Assembly: GCF_000284455.1 (NCBI RefSeq)
Contig: NC_017039.1
Span: 540,001-572,000 of the forward strand
DNA length: 32,000 bases
From: Synechocystis sp. PCC 6803 substr. PCC-P
GTDB taxonomy: Bacteria; Cyanobacteriota; Cyanobacteriia; Cyanobacteriales; Microcystaceae
Reading direction: 5' to 3'
The notes below the pieces were generated by a model. It did not search any database and was not told the DNA's origin. It was given only the letters and a program-made list of their open reading frames with translations. Below, in pieces: positions 17,525 to 27,084 of this stretch. Every line of letters starts with the position of its first letter. The stretch's first letter is position 1. The position numbers were made by a program, and so were the translations under genes.

Positions 17525-19081
17525 ATGAATAATTCTACTGTCTCTAGTATTGACATTACTCCCCAAGATAGATACAACCAACAATTACTAGCCCATGTTC
17601 ATCCTCCGGACTGGATTAATCCTTCTCCTAAAGATCAATATGACCTGGTAGTTATTGGAGCTGGCACCGCTGGTTTAGTCGTAGCTGCTGGGGCAGCGGG
17701 TTTAGGTATTGGTCTTAAAGTTGCTTTAATTGAAAAGCATTTGATGGGGGGCGATTGTCTCAACTTTGGTTGCATTCCTTCTAAGGCCCTAATTAGCTCC
17801 GCAAGGGTGGTAGGAGTAATGAATAATGCTAATAGTTTAGGCATCAAAAAACCAGACAGCATTGAAATTGATTTTCCCGCTGTGATGGCGAGAATGCGTC
17901 AAATTAGGACCGGCATTAGCCACCATGACTCTGCTCAAAGATTTCGGGATTTGGGCATTGATGTTTTTCTTGGAGAAGGACATTTTGTTCGTAATAATCA
18001 AATTGAGGTGGGAGGGGCTATTCTTAACTACAAAAAAGCCATAATTGCCACTGGAGCGAAAGCGGTTAAACCTAACATTCCTGGCATAGAAGAAGTCGGA
18101 TTTTTAACTAATGAAACAGTGTTTTCCTTAACGGCATGCCCCGATCGCCTAGGGGTCATTGGAGGTGGCCCGATTGGGTGTGAGTTAGCCCAAGCTTTTC
18201 AACGATTGGGGGCGCAAGTTACGCTCTTTCATCGGGGTAGTCATTTGTTGAACAAAGAAGATCCGGAAGCGGCGGCGATTGTACAGGAATCCTTAATCAA
18301 AGATGGCATTGAACTAATTTTAAACGCCAAATTGGAACGGGCAGAATTAACTGATCGGGGTAAAGTTTTGCATTACAGGGCTAATGGCGATTCTGGCACC
18401 ATTGTAGTGGATGAAATTCTGGTTGGTGCAGGGCGAGCCCCTAATGTGGAGGAATTAAACTTAGAGGCTGTGGGGGTAAAATTTGATCGCCGAGGAGTGA
18501 AAGTCAACGATTATTTGCAAACTACCAGCCCGCAAATTTATGCCGCCGGGGATATTTGTATGGACTGGAAATTCACCCATGCCGCCGATGCCGCCGCCCG
18601 CATTGTGATTAAAAATACTCTCTTTTCTCCCTTCGGTTTAGGACGCAGTAAACTAAGCAGTTTAACCATGCCTTGGGTAACCTACACCGACCCAGAAATT
18701 GCCCATGTAGGATTAAATGAAACTATGGCTGAGGCCTTAGACATAGGCTATAAAATTATTAAAATTCCCTTTTCCCAGGTTGACCGGGCGATCGCCGCTG
18801 ACGAGACAGAGGGATTTTTGAAAATTATCCACGTAGCCAACAGTGATGAAATTTTAGGTGCTACCATTGTTGCCTCCCATGCCGGGGAAATGATTTCTGA
18901 AATTACCACGGCTATTGTTAATAAAATTGGCTTAAGCAAATTAGCCGGGGTGATCCATCCCTATCCCACCCAGGCCGAAGCGATTAAAAAAGCCGCCGAT
19001 ACTTACCGCCGTACTTTGCTCACTAATAATACGAAAAATTTACTAAAACTTCTAACTAAATTTCCCAGTAAATTATTCTAG
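17525..19081 (+). CDS. merA: Class I pyridine-nucleotide disulfide oxidoreductase, mercuric-reductase-like
   Basis: 518-aa ORF. It has the FAD motif VVIGAGTAG and the redox-active site GGDCLNFGCIPSK. I recall this as the Synechocystis MerA-like enzyme (slr1849). There is no C-terminal Cys pair and no N-terminal HMA domain. Confidence 0.7.
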   Translation: MNNSTVSSIDITPQDRYNQQLLAHVHPPDWINPSPKDQYDLVVIGAGTAGLVVAAGAAGLGIGLKVALIEKHLMGGDCLNFGCIPSKALISSARVVGVMNNANSLGIKKPDSIEIDFPAVMARMRQIRTGISHHDSAQRFRDLGIDVFLGEGHFVRNNQIEVGGAILNYKKAIIATGAKAVKPNIPGIEEVGFLTNETVFSLTACPDRLGVIGGGPIGCELAQAFQRLGAQVTLFHRGSHLLNKEDPEAAAIVQESLIKDGIELILNAKLERAELTDRGKVLHYRANGDSGTIVVDEILVGAGRAPNVEELNLEAVGVKFDRRGVKVNDYLQTTSPQIYAAGDICMDWKFTHAADAAARIVIKNTLFSPFGLGRSKLSSLTMPWVTYTDPEIAHVGLNETMAEALDIGYKIIKIPFSQVDRAIAADETEGFLKIIHVANSDEILGATIVASHAGEMISEITTAIVNKIGLSKLAGVIHPYPTQAEAIKKAADTYRRTLLTNNTKNLLKLLTKFPSKLF

Positions 19082-19116
19082 AAAACATGGTTGAAAACCC
19101 TAAAATTGTACTCAAT

Positions 19117-19452
19117 TTAAGACTGGCCACAACAGGTTTCATAGCCTAAACTTTCTAAGATTAGATCACTAACAGCATTGGCCACTGCAAATTCACTAAA
19201 AAAACTTTCCCGAAAATCAAAAGCCTGCATTTCAGTCACAATGGCAATCACTAGGGAACCTAAATCATTTTCCCCTTCCAATCGTTGACGCACAAAAATT
19301 TGAGCGGCCCGTTCCGCAATGGTGGCATTAATTCCTTCGGGAATAAATTCTTGATTAAGCCATTGTTGTAATCCTTGACGCAACCAATCGCCCTCTTGCA
19401 CAGGGTCTTGGAGTGGGGGCAACGTGATTGGGGGAATGGGTTCAACAGCCAT
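19117..19452 (-). CDS. Conserved hypothetical protein (111 aa, C-terminal ETCCG)
   Basis: ORF with an ATG start, co-oriented with and 110 nt downstream of ureC. I recognise no family. Confidence 0.5.
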   Translation of the reverse strand: MAVEPIPPITLPPLQDPVQEGDWLRQGLQQWLNQEFIPEGINATIAERAAQIFVRQRLEGENDLGSLVIAIVTEMQAFDFRESFFSEFAVANAVSDLILESLGYETCCGQS

Positions 19453-19562
19453 ATTTCCTGGAAACTTTGTTTATAAAATGTTAATAAAATATTGTTTAAG
19501 GGGGGCTAATTTAAAGCCATCGTAGCAGATTGGTAGATGGCCAAAAACAGCTCCAAAAGTTA

Positions 19563-21272
19563 CTAAAATAAGAAGTAACGTTGGGCCATGGGCAACACTG
19601 ATGCTGGCTCACAGGTGAGTAATTCTCCGTCGGCTCGCACTTCGTAGGTTTCTGGATCTACTTCAATGTGGGGCAAATAATTATTCAGTTTCAGATCCCG
19701 TTTGGTTAACTGGCGAATATTTTTCACCGCCACCAACGGCTTGCTCAGTCCCAATTTTTCGCCAATATCTTTTTTGGCCGCTTTTTGGGAAACAAAGGTC
19801 ACACTTGTGGCGGCGATCGCCCCACCATAATTAGCAAACATCGGCTGCATATGTACTGGCTGAGGCGTGGGAATACTAGCATTGGCATCCCCCATTTGGG
19901 CGTAGGCGACTATGCCGCCTTTAATAACTAATTCGGGTTTAACCCCAAAAAAGGCGGGACTCCAGAGGCAGAGATCCGCTAACTTGCCCACTTCCACTGA
20001 ACCAATCTCCTCGGAAATGCCATGGGTAATGGCAGGATTGATGGTGTATTTTGCCACGTAACGTTTGGCCCGAAGATTATCATTATTGCCTGTTTCCCCC
20101 GGTAATTGGCCCCGTTGCACTTTCATCTTGTGGGCCGTTTGCCAAGTACGACAGATAACTTCCCCCACCCGGCCCATGGCTTGGGAATCGGAAGAAATGA
20201 TGCTAAAGGCCCCCAGGTCATGGAGAATATCCTCCGCCGCAATGGTTTCCCGACGGATTCGAGACTCGGCAAAGGCCACATCTTCGGGAATATTACGGTG
20301 CAGGTGATGGCACACCATTAACATGTCTAGATGTTCTTCCAGGGTGTTGATAGTGTAGGGTCGGGTGGGATTGGTGGAGGAAGGGAGAACGTTCAATTCT
20401 CCACAAATTTTGATAATGTCCGGTGCGTGGCCTCCCCCGGCTCCTTCGGTGTGATAGGTGTGAATAACTCGATTTTTCAGGGCGGCAATGGTGGTTTCCA
20501 CAAATCCCGCTTCGTTGAGGGTGTCGGTGTGGATAGCCACCTGGACGTCGTAGTCTTCAGCCACGCCCAAACAGTTGTCGATCGCCGCTGGGGTGGTGCC
20601 CCAATCTTCATGGAGTTTGAGCCCGATCGCCCCGGCCTTGATTTGTTCTGCTAAGGCAGCCGGTTGACTGCCATTGCCCTTACCCAAAAAGCCCAAGTTA
20701 ATGGGAAAACCATCGGCCGCCTGTAACATGCGGTGAATATTCCAAGCCCCAGGAGTGCAGGTAGTGGCCTTGGTGCCCGCCGCCGGCCCGGTGCCTCCCC
20801 CCACCAGAGTGGTAACGCCCGACGCTAAGGCCGTTTCAATCTGTTGGGGGCAAATAAAATGCACATGGGCGTCAATTCCCCCCGCCGTTAAAATCATTCC
20901 TTCCCCGGCGATCGCCTCGGTGCTGGGGCCAATGATTATGGAAACATTGTCTTGGATATGGGGGTTGCCTGCCTTACCAATGGCGTAAATGCGACCGTTC
21001 TTAATGCCCACATCAGCTTTGACAATGCCCCACCAATCCAAAATCAACGCATTGGTGATCACCACATCCACCGCCCCTTCTGCCCTGCTTAAAGGGGATT
21101 GCCCCATGCCATCCCGAATTACCTTGCCGCCACCAAACTTCACTTCATCGCCATAGGTGGCGTAATCCTGTTCTACTTCGATAAATAATTCCGTATCCGC
21201 CAGTCGTACCTTATCTCCCACTGTGGGACCAAAGGTGTGGGCGTAGCTGTGGCGGTCCATCCGATAACTCAT
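19563..21272 (-). CDS. ureC: Urease alpha subunit
   Basis: 569-aa ORF with urease active-site regions ([34 protein letters not shown]). Confidence 0.95.
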
Positions 21273-21289
21273 GGTGGCTATTTCCTTGG

Positions 21290-21760
21290 TTAATTGGGGG
21301 GAGAAGATTCTAGTAACTGTTGCAGGCTATAGGGACAGGTTAGAGGAAAATCCACACCATGGCCGGTTTTCTCTTGCACATAGCCTAGGGCACCTTGATA
21401 AATCTGGGGCAATTCTTCCTCCAGATAATTTTTCAAGGTGGTAGTTAGACAGCGACGAAGTTGGGTGCGAAAACTTTGAATCTCAGCCCGCCAATGGTTG
21501 CCGTTACGTCCCCGTTCTTCCTGCCAGTATTGCAATAGCAGACAATGGCGAATTAACTGTTCCAACAGATAGGCGACTCGATTACGATCCTGTCTTCCCA
21601 AGCTCTCCAACTCCTCAATCAAATGAACCCAGTCCACCTCCGCCAGGGAATTTTGCCGAAATAAGCTCACCGTCACCTCAAGCCATTGGGCGGGATCTTG
21701 CTCATAAAGTTCGGACAGAACTTCGCTAGGGGAAATGGGGAATTGCAGTTGAGATTCCAT
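21290..21760 (-). CDS. DUF29-family protein
   Basis: 156-aa ORF with the DUF29 pattern (LYEQD...[34 protein letters not shown]). It ends 17 nt upstream of the ureC start. Confidence 0.7.
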
Positions 21761-21810
21761 TGCTGAGAAACTAACAGTCCGGAATATTTGGTTCAGTCTA
21801 GCTAAAGCCC

Positions 21811-22065
21811 TTAACTCTTACCAGTGGCAGGGGAATAATCGGCAATAACGGCAATGTACAACAGGTGCAAAAGCAAACCCCCTAGCCAGATGCCCGAAAG
21901 AGGTGTCAACCAAGACCAATCGGCCTTGTTTAAGTTATGAACAAACCATAGGCCAGAGTTAATCGCTAAAAATACTGCCACATGGACAGCAAAATTCATC
22001 CGGTCATCCAAACGGCGAAAGGCAGGGTCATTACGGTCGGGTTTACGGGGCCAACGAGGAGGCAT
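21811..22065 (-). CDS. 2TM-domain small membrane protein
   Basis: 84-aa ORF. A basic N-terminus is followed by two hydrophobic helices (FAVHVAVFLAINSGLWF, IWLGGLLLHLLYIAVI). Confidence 0.6.
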   Translation of the reverse strand: MPPRWPRKPDRNDPAFRRLDDRMNFAVHVAVFLAINSGLWFVHNLNKADWSWLTPLSGIWLGGLLLHLLYIAVIADYSPATGKS

Positions 22066-22658
22066 AGATTACCAGTCAGGGTCACAATTAATCACTAGCC
22101 CTAATTTTAACGGCAACGGTCTGAAATCCCCGTAGATCAAGACGCAAAATTAAGCAAAATTTCAGCAAAGTTAGCGGACGGGCTCCTGCCTGGAGTGGCC
22201 AAAAAGGTGGCCCAATGTCAGCACTACAGTCGACCCAATGCCCCTATCAGTTTTTTCATCCACTCTGCACCACTCATATCACTGGCACAGGGCTGGCGCT
22301 GACTATTTCCGGCATTGGTTGGACCACTCATCGGAACTACTAAAATCCTACTCCTCCACCATAGGGATTCGCCAAAACCAATTCGTTTCTCCTCTACTTT
22401 CTTTAATTTTTCTTTGGAAATAAGCCCTTACATAGCAATAAATTGTGCTTGATACCTACAGCTATTTTTTCGTAAATTTAATGTACGATTTACTCCCGAG
22501 ACTTTGCAGCAATAAATGTTAAATTTTGTATCGATATTCAACGTTTCTGTATCTAGCCATAAATAAAATTTGAGTTACAATGGGAGAAGAGTGTTTTTAA
22601 AATTAAGTGCAAAAAGTCGGTGTGATTTAAAGCAAAAAAAGTCGCTGTGTAGAAAAGG

Positions 22659-23147
22659 ATGAAAACTATGGATGCCCAGGAAATTCTTCGGTGTTACGCG
22701 CAAGGACAAAGGGATTTTAGTCATATAAACTTGGTCAGAGTCTGTTTGTCCAATGCAAGCCTAATCGGAGCACAACTAATTTTCGTAGACCTCGGTGGTG
22801 CAAACTTAACCCGTGCACAGCTTGACAGTGCAACCTTAAAAAACGCCAATCTTGCTTTAGCTAATATGACGGAGGTGTGTTTGATTTATGCTGATTTGAG
22901 TAATGCAGACCTTAGTGGTGCAAATTTAGTGGGGGCAGATCTAACCAATGCAGATCTATCGGGGGCAAAACTAGGGGGGGCAGACTTACGAAAAGCGAAC
23001 TTGTCTGAAGCTAGTCTTCGGGGAGCAGATTTGCGCGGTGTGAACTTGATCGAAGCCAACCTAACAAATACAGATTTTAGCGAGGCAGACTTAACGGGGG
23101 CTTACATAAGTGATGGCGCAGTGATTAATGTTGTCAATCTCTCCTAA
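22659..23147 (+). CDS. Pentapeptide-repeat protein
   Basis: 162-aa ORF with long runs of A(D/N)LxG-type pentapeptides (ADLSGANLVGADLTNADLSGAKLGGADLRKANL...). Confidence 0.85.
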   Translation: MKTMDAQEILRCYAQGQRDFSHINLVRVCLSNASLIGAQLIFVDLGGANLTRAQLDSATLKNANLALANMTEVCLIYADLSNADLSGANLVGADLTNADLSGAKLGGADLRKANLSEASLRGADLRGVNLIEANLTNTDFSEADLTGAYISDGAVINVVNLS

Positions 23148-23239
23148 GAAATCATTCATACCTTGTAGCTAGGGTAAAAAAGCTTAAGAATTAAATATTC
23201 TTAAGTATGTGTTTTTTTATTATCCAAGAGGATAAAACC

Positions 23240-23392
23240 ATGAAACCGATGATTTGGCACCCAGAAGATAAAGATGAAAAGGTCAACAAGTATCTAGACC
23301 GCATCAACCATGAACCTTGGTTGGGATTTGTTGCTTTTTCCTTAGCATTTTTCATGGCCTTTATTTTAATAATGTTTATGGGGATTTTCTAG
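23240..23392 (+). CDS. Small hypothetical tail-anchored membrane protein (50 aa)
   Basis: The ATG at 23240 is preceded by AGAGGA. A charged N-terminus (HPEDKDEKVNKY) is followed by a single hydrophobic C-terminal helix. No homology recognised. Confidence 0.35.
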   Translation: MKPMIWHPEDKDEKVNKYLDRINHEPWLGFVAFSLAFFMAFILIMFMGIF

Positions 23393-23549
23393 GAAAATGT
23401 TTGAAAAGTTCTAGGTAAGTTTCCGAAGCACGGGATTAACCATAGCCCCATGGATCTTTGTCTCACTGGTGTTAGGTAGATCGTTCGTTGACGACTTCTT
23501 AAAGCGCAACTTAAACGTTGCAAACCTTTTTAAAGGGTCACCGGGGTAA

Positions 23550-26027
23550 CTAATTGAGCAGCCCAGATTGCTCAACCGTTTGCCAGGCGGGCCAAATTTT
23601 TCCCTGCATAAAGAGGGCGATCGCCTGGAGGCCATTAATTTCAGGGTTATCGGGAGCCAGGGCCAAGGCGGGTTTGAGGGCCTGTTCCCCCTGGTATCCT
23701 TGCCAGTCGTAAAGATGAACAAAGGCTAAATAAGCGTGGGCGTAGGGATTTTCGGGATCTAGTTTGACCAAAGATTGCAAAGCGGCGATCGCCTGGGGAG
23801 GATTTTCCTGCAATACCCGGGCCAAAACTTGGGCATAGGTTAAACGGAGAGCATCAACGGGATTTTGGCTGAGGCGATAGGTCCAACTAGCATCCCCCTG
23901 CCGCAGATAGTCGTGGCGAGGATCGTATAAATTAATCCGGTCAACCTGGGCAAAAACTGGATCTAGCCCAGCAATGCCCTGCTGCAAATTTTGCGCTAAA
24001 TGGTACAGTTGGCTGACAAAATCCAATGGTGGAGCAGGCAAAGCTGGAGCATCGGCAGCTAAGGTTAGGGTAATGTCTGGTAAAGGTAAGGGTTGGGCCG
24101 TCATAGTGCTGGGATCTAGCCATTGCCCTTTTAAACGGTAATCCCCCGGAGGTAGATCCGCCTGGGGCGCCATGGCTGTCCTTTCAATTACTTCAACGGC
24201 TTGCCCATTGTCGGTAGGAAGCAATTCACCCAAACCAATGGCATGGTCATGGAGCCAAACTTGCTTAGGATCAGCAACATTTTCCCAAGTGAGCAAAACA
24301 ATCCCTTCACTAAGGCGATCGCCATTGCCCTGCCAATGGTAGGTGATGGGTACGGGTTGACCGGGGGGGGCGCTGGTGGGTAAATCAACTTTGGTCAGTT
24401 GCGGCAATTCAGTATTAATTTGACTGGGTTTGACCTCCACCCTGGGTTGGCGACGGTGCCAGAGGTTCAACTCACTGCCATCGGGCAAAGGCCAGGTTTG
24501 CACAGCGGTAAAATTACCATTCTGGGCAATGGTTTCTCCCAATTCCACTTGTACTGGGTCAGCTAAATAGTTATCTCCAGTTTTTGTCAAGAACCAGTCA
24601 AAATTTTGCTGATCCTGTTGAATAATTTCCCCGTTACGACTCAATTCCCGACCGTAAGCCCGAAAATCCGCCGCCGCCCCATAATAATTCACCGTATTGG
24701 GATTAATAGCTGGGGTGTTGGGAATCACACCCAAATTAATTCTTTGCTCCGGGGTGGTTTCCATGGCAGCGGTAATGACTTCCGTGTTGGGGGCAGGCAA
24801 AACGAAATCGGGACGAAATAACACCGATGGGTTGAGGGCTTGGACAATGCCGTTGCTACCAGGAATGGGAAATAGGTTGCCGAGGGTAATCAAAATGGTG
24901 ATCGCCAACGTACCCCAACGCACCCACAACCAACGACCACACCAACGGGTCAGACCGAAGGCAAGAAAAATAGCCACAATGGGCAAATAGGGCAAAATGT
25001 AGCGGTCATCCTTATTTTGAATGGCGGAGCAGATTAGATAAGTGCCACCGTAGTAATATCCCAGCCACAGCAACCCCGGTTTCGCTTCCCGCCAACTAGG
25101 TATCTGCAATGAAGCAGGAAAACGGTTCAGCAAAGACAAAATCACCCCCACCAAGGGCGGTATTAACCAGACCCAGGACAGGGCATTGGGTAAATCCTGC
25201 CAGTAGTAAGTCCAGGCGGCTAGGGTATTGACGGGAGGGTCCCCCTCCAAAGTGGCGGGGATGGCATTGGAATTTTGGGCGGTGCTGAATAGATAAATCC
25301 AGTTGGTGCGATACCAGGGATACCAAAGGGGAATGCTTGCCAGTAAACCCACTAGCAATTGGGCTAACCGTTGCCATTGCTTTGTCCAAATGCTCCACAG
25401 CCCCAAGCCCACCAAGGGAAAAAACAGATAGAAAATAATACTTTGTTTGGAGAGCAATCCCAGTCCCAACCCAACTCCAGCGGCGATCGCCCAGAGCCAT
25501 TGGGAACGACGACCTTCAGCTTCTTTCCAATAGGTCAGACAGGTAAAGCTCAACAGGGTAAAAGCCAGGAGTGGACTGTCCAACAACACAATCAAACGAC
25601 TATGGATTAAACGGGGAATCAAAACCATGATGGCCACTGCCCACAGACCAATTTCCCGGCTGAAGAGCTTTTTTCCCAAGCCGTACACAGAGAGAATTAA
25701 AATGCCACTCCAGAGCCAATTACTCAGTAAAGCCAGATCACTACCTGGGCCGCCTAGCCCCTGGAAAGGAGCATTGACTATGTAGGTCAAAGGGGGATAT
25801 TTGGGGGACAACATCCAAAAGCTCCGCCACCATTCCCCGCTCAAAAACTCCGGCGATCGTAGGGCTTGCAAATATTCCAGGCCGTAGGATAAGTGGTTAC
25901 TCTGGTCCCAAGCTGGCACCGTTTGATCCATCCCTAGCCACAGGCGATCAAGGCCGTTGCTACCAAGCCACACCATGGCCAACAGCAGGGGCACTCCCCA
26001 GGATTTAGACAAAATTTGCTTAACCAT
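23550..26027 (-). CDS. GT39 / ArnT-like (GT-C fold) membrane glycosyltransferase with a large C-terminal soluble domain ending in TPR-like repeats
   Basis: Large ORF of about 825 aa with many TM helices. It has the N-terminal DRLWLGMDQTVPAWDQSNHL motif typical of carrier-lipid-dependent glycosyltransferases. The C-terminus has a TPR-like segment (YAHAYLAFVHLYDWQGYQGEQALKPALALAPDNPE). I placed the start at the ATG at 26027; the track uses a TTG at 26057. Confidence 0.75.
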   Translation of the reverse strand: MVKQILSKSWGVPLLLAMVWLGSNGLDRLWLGMDQTVPAWDQSNHLSYGLEYLQALRSPEFLSGEWWRSFWMLSPKYPPLTYIVNAPFQGLGGPGSDLALLSNWLWSGILILSVYGLGKKLFSREIGLWAVAIMVLIPRLIHSRLIVLLDSPLLAFTLLSFTCLTYWKEAEGRRSQWLWAIAAGVGLGLGLLSKQSIIFYLFFPLVGLGLWSIWTKQWQRLAQLLVGLLASIPLWYPWYRTNWIYLFSTAQNSNAIPATLEGDPPVNTLAAWTYYWQDLPNALSWVWLIPPLVGVILSLLNRFPASLQIPSWREAKPGLLWLGYYYGGTYLICSAIQNKDDRYILPYLPIVAIFLAFGLTRWCGRWLWVRWGTLAITILITLGNLFPIPGSNGIVQALNPSVLFRPDFVLPAPNTEVITAAMETTPEQRINLGVIPNTPAINPNTVNYYGAAADFRAYGRELSRNGEIIQQDQQNFDWFLTKTGDNYLADPVQVELGETIAQNGNFTAVQTWPLPDGSELNLWHRRQPRVEVKPSQINTELPQLTKVDLPTSAPPGQPVPITYHWQGNGDRLSEGIVLLTWENVADPKQVWLHDHAIGLGELLPTDNGQAVEVIERTAMAPQADLPPGDYRLKGQWLDPSTMTAQPLPLPDITLTLAADAPALPAPPLDFVSQLYHLAQNLQQGIAGLDPVFAQVDRINLYDPRHDYLRQGDASWTYRLSQNPVDALRLTYAQVLARVLQENPPQAIAALQSLVKLDPENPYAHAYLAFVHLYDWQGYQGEQALKPALALAPDNPEINGLQAIALFMQGKIWPAWQTVEQSGLLN

Positions 26028-26160
26028 AGCAGGGGTTAGACGTAAGATGGATACCAACAGCCCATCTTTTATGATTGGGCACCGAGAGTCTTCCTGGCCT
26101 GACCCAAACGGTTAGGGTTAGGGGGGCTTACCATTTAGCATTAATCATTTTGGTAATCCT

Positions 26161-26907
26161 ATGAGTGCAAACCTTGCCCAACTCCACCAGGCCCTGGAAA
26201 ATCGTACCGCCTTAAAGGTAATTAGCGGTTTAAATAACTTCGATAGCGCCAATGTTTTAGCCGTGGCCCGGGCTGCCCAGGCTGGGGGAGCTACTTTTGT
26301 GGACATTGCAGCCGATCGCCAATTGATCCAACAGGTGCGCCACGCCATTGATTTGCCCATCTGTGTGTCGGCGGTGGAAGCAGAATTATTAGCCGAAGCG
26401 GTGGCCGCCGGAGCTGACTTGGTGGAAATTGGTAACTTTGACAGTTTTTACGCCCAGGGTCGTCGTTTTGAAGGGCCGGAAGTGTTGGCCCTCACCAAAG
26501 CCACCCGTCAATTGTTGCCCCATACTTTGCTCTCCGTTACCGTGCCCCACATCCTTGCTCTGGACGAACAGGTACAGTTAGCCGAAGCTTTAGTGGCCGC
26601 TGGAGCCGACATCATCCAAACTGAAGGGGGGACCAGTGCCGAACCCCATCACCCTGGAGTTTTGGGTTTGATTGAGAAAGCCGCTCCCACTTTGGCCGCT
26701 GCCCACGCTATCAGTCGAGCCGTTAATGTCCCCGTACTATGTGCTTCTGGCCTATCCGATGTCACCGTTCCCATGGCGATCGCTGCTGGAGCCAGTGGAG
26801 TAGGGGTTGGTTCCGCCATTAACCAATTGAACGACCAAGTGGCCATGGTGGCCGCTGTCCGTCGCCTGGCCGATGCCTTGGTGGCCCAGCCTGTGCGGGT
26901 TGCCTAA
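26161..26907 (+). CDS. DUF561 (Ycf23-like) TIM-barrel protein
   Basis: 248-aa ORF. The pattern LKVISGLNNFD...GGATFVDIAAD...VEIGNFDSFY...IIQTEGG matches my recollection of DUF561/Ycf23. Confidence 0.6.
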   Translation: MSANLAQLHQALENRTALKVISGLNNFDSANVLAVARAAQAGGATFVDIAADRQLIQQVRHAIDLPICVSAVEAELLAEAVAAGADLVEIGNFDSFYAQGRRFEGPEVLALTKATRQLLPHTLLSVTVPHILALDEQVQLAEALVAAGADIIQTEGGTSAEPHHPGVLGLIEKAAPTLAAAHAISRAVNVPVLCASGLSDVTVPMAIAAGASGVGVGSAINQLNDQVAMVAAVRRLADALVAQPVRVA

Positions 26908-27084
26908 CTATCGGTTTAAGTTCGACTAAATAGGTTAGACGCCCCCGGTTCCCTCAAACTTGTGAGGAAAATAGATAAAAATCCTCCAATATTTGGGGGA
27001 TTTGGGGGCAAACCCAAACTTTGCAAGGGGGAGTGTTAAAACCACTATGCCCCTCGACAAATGCAAAATGTATCAAAATTCCTG

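Noticed and set aside
23411-23722. 103-aa minus-strand ORF overlapping the 3' end of the GT39 gene
   Set aside because: It is an alternative frame of the glycosyltransferase C-terminus continuing into the intergenic region. No motifs and no ribosome-binding site.
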